DNA of 21,819 nt from Candidatus Bipolaricaulota bacterium (lineage in GTDB: Bacteria > Bipolaricaulota > Bipolaricaulia > UBA7950 > UBA9294), in assembly GCA_040752575.1 (NCBI GenBank), contig JBFMGK010000057.1, forward strand, positions 1 through 21,819. Reading direction: 5' to 3'. Under the pieces are notes generated by a model, which made no database searches, was not told the DNA's origin, and was given only the letters and a program-made list of their open reading frames with translations. Of this stretch, positions 8,987-16,066 are shown piece by piece. Each line of letters starts with the position of its first letter. The first letter of the stretch is position 1. Position numbers and translations under genes: made by a program.

Positions 8987-11080
8987 CTACGACGAGGTCA
9001 CCGCGAACGTGCGACGGTCGGAGAACTCGGCCCGCTTGCCGTCGTTCCACTGCTCGACCGGCCGAAGGTACCCGACGATCCTCGAGTAGACCTCGGCCGG
9101 GCGGCCGCACGTCGGGCAGGTAGCGTGCTCGCCGACGAGGTAGCCGTGATCGGGGCACACTGAGAACGTCGGCGTCAGCGTGAAGTAGGGGAGGCGGAAC
9201 GAACAGGCGATCGTCCTCACGAGGCGCCGCGTCGCCGCGGGGCTGGGCAGGCGCTCGCCAAGGAAACCGTGGAACACCGTTCCCCCGGTGTACTTGGTCT
9301 GCAGCAAGTCTTGAAGCCGCAGCGCTTCGAAAAGGTCGTCCGTCGCTCCGACCGGGAGCTGCGTGGAGTTCGTGTAGTACGGCGTCTTGCCGCCGTGAAC
9401 CTCGAGGTTATGGATGCGGAGGTCGGGGAAACGATCCAGATCCTTCTTGGCGAGGCGGTAGCTCGCCCCTTCCGCAGGCGTCGCTTCGAGGTTGTAGATC
9501 TCGCCCGTTTCCTCCTGATACTCACCGAGCCTTGACCTCATCCAGTCCAGCACCTCGACCGCAAACCGCCGGCCTTCTTCGTCGGCGATCGTGCACCCCT
9601 TGAGGTTCAGGAGGGCCTCGTTCATCCCCAGGATGCCGATCGTCGAGAAGTGATTGCGCCAGTACCCGCCTTCCGACTCGCGGATCCGTCGCAGGTAGTA
9701 CCTTGAGTACGGGTACAACCCGCTCTCGGTGAGTTGCTCGAGTGTCTTTCGCTTGATCTCAAGCGCCTTTCGCGCGAGGTCCATGAGGTCGCCGAGCCGC
9801 CGCAAGAAGTCGTCGTCATCCTCGGCCAAGTACCCCAGGCGGGGCAGATTCAGCGTCACGACGCCGATCGAGCCCGTGAGCGGATGCGCCCCGAAGAGCC
9901 CGCCGCCACGGCTCCGCAGCTCGCGGTTGTCGATCCGCAGGCGGCAGCACATGCTTCGCGCATCTTCGGGTCGGAGGTCGCTGCCGATGAAGTTGGAGAA
10001 GTACGGAGTCCCGTACTTGGCGGTCATCTCCCAGACAGGGTCCAGGATAGGGTTCTCCCAGTCGAAGTCCTCGGTCACGTTGTAGGTCGGGATCGGGAAC
10101 GTGAACGGTCGTCCCTGCATGTCGCCCTCGAGCATGACCTCGGCAAACGCCCGATTGAACAGGTCCATCTCGGGCTGATACTCCCCGTACGTTGCGTCGC
10201 GCAGCGCCCCGCCGAGGACCACGGGCTCTCCAGCCATGAAGCGGGGCACCCGGAGATCCAGCGTGATGTTCGTGAACGGAGTCTGGAACCCAACGCGCGT
10301 CGGAACGTTCATGTTGTAGACGAACTCCTGAACGTTCTGCCGAACCTCGTCGTAGGACAAGCCGTCGGCGCGGATGAACGGCGCGAGATACGTGTCGACG
10401 TTTGAGAACGCCTGAGCACCGGCCGACTCCCCCTGCAGGGTGTACATGAAATTGACGATCTGCAAAAGGGCAACGCGGAAGTGCTTGGCCGGGCGCGACT
10501 CGACCTTCCCACGCACGCCACGGAACCCCTGGAGAAGGAGATCGCGAAGGTCCCAGCCGACGCAGTATGCGCCCAGGGTTCCGAGATCGTGAAGGTGGTA
10601 GCTGCCGCTCTCGTGCGCCGCGCGGATCGGCGCGGGATAGATCTTGTGAAGCCAATACTGGGAGATGATCTTGTCCGTGATGTGGGTATTGAGCCCCTGA
10701 AGCGAGAAGGTCATATTGCTGTTCTCGCGCACTCGCCAGTCACGCTCGGCGAGATAGTCCTCGACGAGCGGCATCTCCTGGAGCAGACCCTGCATGGCGC
10801 GCAGATCCTCGTGCTGCTTGCGGTAGAGGATATACGCCTTGGCCGTCCGCGCGAGACCCTTGGCAATCAGCGATTCCTCGACGGCATCCTGGATCTCTTC
10901 GACGGTCGGGAACTCGCCAGCGAAGCGCGTTTCCAGCCTTCGGATCACTCGCACCGCAAGGCCCTGGGCCAGGAACTCATCTCCCTCGCCCACTTCCTTC
11001 ATCGCTTTCCAGATGGCGGTGGTGATCTTCGCGGCATCGAACGGAACCGTTCGGCCATCGCGCTTGACGATGTAGTCCAT
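8987..11080 (-). CDS. nrdD: Class III (anaerobic) ribonucleoside-triphosphate reductase with N-terminal ATP cone
   Basis: ATP cone VKRDG..VPFD..KI...VEEIQDAVE, HLHDL, YCVGW, SMCCRL, YNLEATPAE, zinc ribbon CPDH...CPTC, glycyl radical loop YSRIVGYLRP. Confidence 0.97.
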   Translation of the reverse strand: MDYIVKRDGRTVPFDAAKITTAIWKAMKEVGEGDEFLAQGLAVRVIRRLETRFAGEFPTVEEIQDAVEESLIAKGLARTAKAYILYRKQHEDLRAMQGLLQEMPLVEDYLAERDWRVRENSNMTFSLQGLNTHITDKIISQYWLHKIYPAPIRAAHESGSYHLHDLGTLGAYCVGWDLRDLLLQGFRGVRGKVESRPAKHFRVALLQIVNFMYTLQGESAGAQAFSNVDTYLAPFIRADGLSYDEVRQNVQEFVYNMNVPTRVGFQTPFTNITLDLRVPRFMAGEPVVLGGALRDATYGEYQPEMDLFNRAFAEVMLEGDMQGRPFTFPIPTYNVTEDFDWENPILDPVWEMTAKYGTPYFSNFIGSDLRPEDARSMCCRLRIDNRELRSRGGGLFGAHPLTGSIGVVTLNLPRLGYLAEDDDDFLRRLGDLMDLARKALEIKRKTLEQLTESGLYPYSRYYLRRIRESEGGYWRNHFSTIGILGMNEALLNLKGCTIADEEGRRFAVEVLDWMRSRLGEYQEETGEIYNLEATPAEGASYRLAKKDLDRFPDLRIHNLEVHGGKTPYYTNSTQLPVGATDDLFEALRLQDLLQTKYTGGTVFHGFLGERLPSPAATRRLVRTIACSFRLPYFTLTPTFSVCPDHGYLVGEHATCPTCGRPAEVYSRIVGYLRPVEQWNDGKRAEFSDRRTFAVTSS

Positions 11081-11111
11081 GAATCCCCCTCATCCCCCGT
11101 GAAGACCCGCC

Positions 11112-11140
11112 ATCCTAGCGCACGCACCCGGGCCCGACAA
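11112..11140 (-). promoter_or_regulatory. Putative sigma70-type promoter of nrdDG
   Basis: Minus strand TTGTCG (11140-11135), 17 nt spacer, TAGGAT (11117-11112). Confidence 0.55.
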
Positions 11141-11243
11141 TCACCCGTTCGTCTCGCGACGCTCCGTCGCCCGTTGACTCGTTTCGCCGTCGGACACGCG
11201 TCGCAGGCTGCGGGGCAGGCACTCCGACAGGCGGGCCCGTCGC

Positions 11244-11272
11244 TTGATTCGCTTGCGGCGCGTCGTTACCAT
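11244..11272 (+). promoter_or_regulatory. Putative sigma70-type promoter of rpsT-secF-recJ
   Basis: TTGATT (11244-11249), 17 nt spacer, TACCAT (11267-11272). Confidence 0.6.
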
Positions 11273-11328
11273 CTGCCCGCAGTAGTCCTGGCTGATCGAG
11301 TAACGATCACGACAGAGAGGTGAGTGAG

Positions 11329-11589
11329 ATTCCGAACATTGCTTCTGCAAGCAAGCGATTGCGCCAGAGCGAGAAACGCCGTGGTCTCAACCGCGCTCGC
11401 AAGGCGGCCTTGAAGCGCGTCGTCAAGCAGATTCGTCAGTTCCTGGTGGCCGGCGACAAGAAGGAAGCCGTCGCCCTGCTCCCGCAACTCGCAAAGGCCG
11501 CGGACAAGGCGGCGCAGCGAAACACGATCCACAAGAACCGAGCATCGCGGATCAAGTCTCGCTGGGCGAAGAAGGTTCAGGCCCTCTAG
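11329..11589 (+). CDS. rpsT: 30S ribosomal protein S20
   Basis: PNIASASKRLRQSEKRR..NRARK and DKAAQRNTIHKNRASRIKSR. Start is either GTG 11320 or, more likely, ATT 11329 (SD GAGGTGA 5 nt upstream, giving the usual MPNI N-terminus). Confidence 0.95.
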   Translation: MPNIASASKRLRQSEKRRGLNRARKAALKRVVKQIRQFLVAGDKKEAVALLPQLAKAADKAAQRNTIHKNRASRIKSRWAKKVQAL

Positions 11590-11600
11590 GAGGCGTTCGC

Positions 11601-12500
11601 ATGCGTCACCTCGATTTCCTCGGCAAGGCGAAGTACTTCGTCACGATCTCGGCAATCCTCGTGGCAGGAAGCGCCGTCCTCCTCGTGCCCGGCATCCGAG
11701 GTCTGAACCTCGGAATCGACTTCACCGGCGGCATGGAGTTCACGGTGAAGCTCAGCGAGAGCGTCGACACGGCCGTCGTCCGTAACCTGCTCGGGACGGT
11801 CGACGCCGGAGCGGTCGATCTGCGGACCAGCAAGATCCAGAGCACGGCGGGGAACACGAAGATCATCACGACGAAGCTCCTCGACGTCGAGGAAGACGCG
11901 TTGACGATCAATAGGGTCGAAGAAGCGCTGCGCGAGCAGCTCCCCGTGGAGGACATCAGCCGCCGGCTCATCGGCGAACAGGTGAGCCGGGAGCTGGCGC
12001 AACGAAGCTGGCTCGCCATCGGCGTCGCCATGCTCGGCGTGCTGATTTACGTGTCGTGGCGGTTCCGCCTCCGATACGCCATCGGGGCCGTGGCGGCGCT
12101 GTTCCACGACGTCATGGTCACGTTGGGGATCTTCGCGTTGTTCCGGCTGGAGATCAGCCTGGAGACGATCGCGGCCTTCCTGACGTTGGTCGGCTACTCG
12201 CTCAACGACACGATCGTGATCTTCGACCGCGTGCGGGAAAACCTGAAGGTCGAACGACGGCTTTCGATGTTCGACCTGATCAACCTGAGTGTGAACCAGT
12301 CCCTTGTGCGGACGATCAACACCGCAAGCACAACCCTGATTCCCATCGTCGTGACGCTCTTCTTTGGCGGCGTAGAGCTCCGCACGTTCGCCCTTGCGCT
12401 GTTCATCGGCATGCTCCTCGGAACGTACTCGACGCTGTACATCGCCAACCCGATCCTGTACGCGTGGACGCTCCGTGCCGAGCGCGCGAAGCGGTCGTAG
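11601..12500 (+). CDS. secF: Protein translocase subunit SecF
   Basis: LNLGIDFTGG, YVSWRF, ALFHD, GYSLNDTIVIFDRVREN, RTINT, GTYST; about six hydrophobic segments. SD AGGAGG. Confidence 0.95.
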   Translation: MRHLDFLGKAKYFVTISAILVAGSAVLLVPGIRGLNLGIDFTGGMEFTVKLSESVDTAVVRNLLGTVDAGAVDLRTSKIQSTAGNTKIITTKLLDVEEDALTINRVEEALREQLPVEDISRRLIGEQVSRELAQRSWLAIGVAMLGVLIYVSWRFRLRYAIGAVAALFHDVMVTLGIFALFRLEISLETIAAFLTLVGYSLNDTIVIFDRVRENLKVERRLSMFDLINLSVNQSLVRTINTASTTLIPIVVTLFFGGVELRTFALALFIGMLLGTYSTLYIANPILYAWTLRAERAKRS

Positions 12501-14237
12501 ATGAGATCTCTCCTCCGCGAGAGGAGGGCTTGGCGCATCGCGGTCTCTCCCGACCTGTCGCTGGTCTCGGCCATCGAAGTGTCGCTCGGCTGTGCGCGCC
12601 CGATCGCCGTGCTCCTTGCGCAACGAGGTGGCGCGTCATGGAGTGCGCTGCTCGACGCGGCGAGTCAGCATCTTCACCCTCCGTTTGACCTTCCGGACAT
12701 GGAGCGGGCGGTTGCCCGTCTCGTCGAGGCGGCGAAGAAGGGCGAACGCGTCTTCATCCACGGAGACTTCGACGTCGACGGACTCACCGGCGCCGCCGTC
12801 CTGTACCGCGGGCTACGTCCGCTGCTGCCGCCGAACAGCGTGAAGGTCGAAGTGGGGGATCGTTCGGCCGGACACGGCTTGTCGCGGTCCTTCGTCTTGC
12901 GGGCGATCGACGAAGGGTTTTCGCTGGTCGTCACGACGGACTGCGGCGTCGCGAGCCACGAGGAGATCGCCGAACTCCGGGCCGCCGGAATCGATGTCGT
13001 CGTGACCGATCATCATCTGCCGGTGGGCGACCTGCCCCCGGCCGTCGCCGTCGTGGACCCGCACCGCAGCGACAACCGTTACCCCAACCCGCACTTGGCC
13101 GGGGTAGGTGTCGCGTACAAGACCATGTGCGCGCTTTATGAACGGATCGGCCGCCCAGCGCCGTCGGCGCTGCTCGATCTCGTGGCGCTGGGAACCATCG
13201 CTGACCTCGTTCCGCTCTGCGCCGATGAGGACAACGAGAATCAGCTCCTCGTCCGCGAGGCGTTCCGGCTCCTGGCCGCCGGACAGGGCTCATCGCTCGG
13301 GCTGCGGACCCTCATGGCCAAGCTGTCCATCAACCCGAACAAACTCACGACCACGGACTTCGGCTACCTTGTGGCGCCGAAACTCAACGCCGCAAACCGC
13401 GCCGGCGACCCCAAAGTCGCGTTTCTCCTTCTGATCACGGAGATCGCCGACCAGGCCGAATACCTGGCCGAGATCCTGCTCGACTACAACCGAGACCGCG
13501 AGATCGCCCAGAACGACTTGATCGCCCAGGCCGAGGACCTGATCCGCTCCGACGCCCTCGACCCTCAGGAAGATGGGTTGCTCTTCCTCGTCGGCAAGTA
13601 CTGGAACGAAGGGATCCTTGGCCTTGTGGCCTCGAACCTCGCGGAGAGGTATCGCGTACCCACGATCATCCTGTCGCGGGGTGATCGCGTGTCGCGGGGC
13701 TCTTGCCGAAGCGTGGGCGACTTTGACATCAGCGCCTGCCTGGAATCGGTCTCGCGGCTGTTGCTCCAATATGGTGGACACCGCATGGCCGCTGGGTTTT
13801 CCGCGTCGAACGACGTCCTCGGCGAGCTGGAGGAGCGCCTGCTCGAGTACGTCCATGCCCACCGCAGCTCCATCGCCGCATTCAACCCCGAGGTCATCGA
13901 TACCGAAGTGCAGCTCGGCGAGGTGGATCTTCGTTTCTACACAAACCTCTCGTCTCTTGCTCCGTACGGCCCCGGCAACCCCCCGCCGCGCTTCCTGTTG
14001 CGGGACTGCTCATTCGACGGGTTGAGTCTCGTGGGCAACCGGCGCCAGCATCTCAAGGGACGCGTCACGCAGAACGGATTCGCTCTTCCGTTCATCGCTT
14101 TCCGCCTCGGCAAGCATCTCGACACGTTTGAGAGGGCTCCGCGGTCGGACTTGATCTGCCAAATCGGCTTTGACGACTGGCGCAACGACGTTCAGGTGCA
14201 AGGCGTGGACCTCGTTGCCCCCGCCGAGTTGTCCTGA
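12501..14237 (+). CDS. recJ: Single-stranded DNA-specific exonuclease RecJ
   Basis: GDFDVDG, TDCG, TDHH, LAGVGVAYK, ALGTIAD, PKLNAANR, RGSCRS, GGHRMAAG, PYGPGNPPP. Confidence 0.95.
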   Translation: MRSLLRERRAWRIAVSPDLSLVSAIEVSLGCARPIAVLLAQRGGASWSALLDAASQHLHPPFDLPDMERAVARLVEAAKKGERVFIHGDFDVDGLTGAAVLYRGLRPLLPPNSVKVEVGDRSAGHGLSRSFVLRAIDEGFSLVVTTDCGVASHEEIAELRAAGIDVVVTDHHLPVGDLPPAVAVVDPHRSDNRYPNPHLAGVGVAYKTMCALYERIGRPAPSALLDLVALGTIADLVPLCADEDNENQLLVREAFRLLAAGQGSSLGLRTLMAKLSINPNKLTTTDFGYLVAPKLNAANRAGDPKVAFLLLITEIADQAEYLAEILLDYNRDREIAQNDLIAQAEDLIRSDALDPQEDGLLFLVGKYWNEGILGLVASNLAERYRVPTIILSRGDRVSRGSCRSVGDFDISACLESVSRLLLQYGGHRMAAGFSASNDVLGELEERLLEYVHAHRSSIAAFNPEVIDTEVQLGEVDLRFYTNLSSLAPYGPGNPPPRFLLRDCSFDGLSLVGNRRQHLKGRVTQNGFALPFIAFRLGKHLDTFERAPRSDLICQIGFDDWRNDVQVQGVDLVAPAELS

Positions 14238-14252
14238 CGAGTCGGCCGACGT

Positions 14253-15605
14253 CTACTTCCCGACACAGAAGCGAGAGAAGATCCTCTCGAGGATGGATTC
14301 CGAGAGATCGATCCCCTGGAGTTCACCCGTCGCGCGGTGCGCCGCGCGAAGCTCCTCGGCGACGACGTCCGGCGTCGCGCCTTCGTCAAGCGCGCCAAGG
14401 GCTCGGCCGAGGGACTCTGCGGTCCGGCGCAATAGGTCGCGCTCCCAGGTATCGAGGAGCAGGACGGCGTTGCGGGATGTGAAGCCGCCGGAAGCTTGCC
14501 CAGAGGCCAACCGCTCGCGCAGCGCGTCGAGGCCCAAGCCGTCGCGCGCCGAGACGTCGACCGCGACCTCGTCGCCGGGCACGGGCCCCAGTCGATCGGC
14601 GAGGTCGGTCTTGTTGCGCACGACAACGCGCGGCACGCCCCAGTCACGGGCGAGCAGAGCGCGATCCTCGTCACACAGCTCGCACGAGCGATCCAGCACG
14701 ATGAGCACGACGTCGGCCCGCGCCGCCGCGCCTTCGGCGCGCCGCACGCCTTCGGCCTCGATCTCGTCCACCGGCACGCGCAGCCCGGCCGTGTCGATGA
14801 GCCGTACGGGAATTCCGCCGATCGACGCGATCTCCTCCACCGTATCGCGCGTGGTTCCGGGCGTTGGCGCGACGATGGAGCGTTCCTCGGCAAGGAGGGC
14901 GTTGAGCAGCGTGGACTTGCCAACGTTCGGCCGACCCAGGATGGCCACGGTGAGTCCCTCGCGAACCAAGCGCCCGTGTTCGCCGCGGGCCAGGAGATCG
15001 GCCGTACGCCGACTCAATTCCAGCAGCCGAACCTTGAGATCGACGGGATCGATCTCGAGGTCGGGAAAGTCGATCTCGACCTCGACGTCGGCCAATAGGC
15101 TCTCGACGTCGCCGCGCAGCGCGGCGATCTCGCGCGAGAAGCGGCCCCCGAGGCGGTCGACCGCGGCCTCGAGGCCAAGCCGCGTCTGCGCTTTCACGAC
15201 GTCGAGCACGGCTTGCGCTTGGTCGAGCGAGATGCGGCCGTTCAGGAACGCCCGTTGCGTGAACTCGCCCCGTTCGGCCAGCCGGGCCCCGGCACAGAGC
15301 ACGGCCTCGAGAACGGCCCGCGTGGCAACCACCCCGCCATGGCAGCCAAACTCGACCACGTCCTCGCGCGTGTACGTGCGCGGAGCGAGCATCACCGTCG
15401 CGAGAACCTCGTCGATCACGCCGTCGGGCGCGACGGCATGTCCGTAGTGCACGGTGTGCGTCGCGGCACGCGCGAGCGGCTCGCCTCGCGGGCAACGAAA
15501 CACGCGATCGGCCACGGCCAAGGCGTCGGGCCCGGACAGACGAACGATCCCGATGGCCGCCTCGCCGACCGGCGTGGAGATCGCAGCCACCGTGTCACCG
15601 AGCAT
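14253..15605 (-). CDS. mnmE: tRNA modification GTPase MnmE (TrmE)
   Basis: DTVAAISTP, TREDVVEF.CHGG, GEFTQRAFLNGR, GRPNVGKS, GTTRD, DTAG, NKTD, terminal FCVGK. Confidence 0.97.
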   Translation of the reverse strand: MLGDTVAAISTPVGEAAIGIVRLSGPDALAVADRVFRCPRGEPLARAATHTVHYGHAVAPDGVIDEVLATVMLAPRTYTREDVVEFGCHGGVVATRAVLEAVLCAGARLAERGEFTQRAFLNGRISLDQAQAVLDVVKAQTRLGLEAAVDRLGGRFSREIAALRGDVESLLADVEVEIDFPDLEIDPVDLKVRLLELSRRTADLLARGEHGRLVREGLTVAILGRPNVGKSTLLNALLAEERSIVAPTPGTTRDTVEEIASIGGIPVRLIDTAGLRVPVDEIEAEGVRRAEGAAARADVVLIVLDRSCELCDEDRALLARDWGVPRVVVRNKTDLADRLGPVPGDEVAVDVSARDGLGLDALRERLASGQASGGFTSRNAVLLLDTWERDLLRRTAESLGRALGALDEGATPDVVAEELRAAHRATGELQGIDLSESILERIFSRFCVGK

Positions 15606-15607
15606 GT

Positions 15608-16066
15608 CTAGCTCTCGTCGGGCTCAAGCACGACGCGACGGTGATCGCCCGTTCCCATGCTGTACGTGCGCACGCCGGGATACTTCGACAAGGCCATGTG
15701 GATCGTGCGGCGCTCGTGCGACGGCATCGGGTTGAGCCGAATCTTCCTGTGCTCGCGGATCGCGTCCTCCGCCTTGTCAAGCGCGAAGCGAACGAGCTCA
15801 GCACGGCGCCGCTTGATGGCGCCGTTCGCATCGAGCACGACGTCGACTTCTATCCCCGTCTTGCGATGCAGCGCACCGCGCAGCAGGTGCTCCAGCGCGG
15901 AGAGAATGGGCCGCTCCTCGGGAAGCGCAAACGGGCCGCCGATGAGATTCACGTAGAGGCCGTCTTCGCCTTCCGCCTCGATCTCGAAGGCCGCATCCTC
16001 GTCCAGAATCCCAAGAAGCGTCTTGAGAAAGGCGTCAGCTTCCTGCTTGACCTCGTCCATCCTCAT
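15608..16066 (-). CDS. jag: Short Jag/KhpB (EloR)-family RNA-binding protein with degenerate KH and R3H domains
   Basis: R3H motif LNPMPSHERRTIHMAL...TYSMGTGDHRRVV; yidC-jag-mnmE synteny. Start is 16066 or 16060. Confidence 0.85.
   Translation of the reverse strand: MRMDEVKQEADAFLKTLLGILDEDAAFEIEAEGEDGLYVNLIGGPFALPEERPILSALEHLLRGALHRKTGIEVDVVLDANGAIKRRRAELVRFALDKAEDAIREHRKIRLNPMPSHERRTIHMALSKYPGVRTYSMGTGDHRRVVLEPDES

Noticed and set aside
11081..11243. NrdR boxes, a riboswitch or an sRNA upstream of nrdD; GC-rich inverted repeats such as GCGACG-CTC-CGTCGC at 11156-11170
   Set aside because: No match to the AT-rich NrdR palindrome and no recognisable RNA family. The repeats lie outside both predicted transcripts and are plausible by chance.
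8987..12503. Amber recoding (pyrrolysine or alternative genetic code) suggested by in-frame TAG junctions
   Set aside because: TAG terminates many genes exactly at their family C-termini (for example MnmE FCVGK), and I saw no conserved gene with an internal TAG.
14241..14250. Perfect palindrome GTCGGCCGAC between convergent recJ and mnmE
   Set aside because: Only 10 bp, with no loop or U-tract; likely by chance at this GC content.
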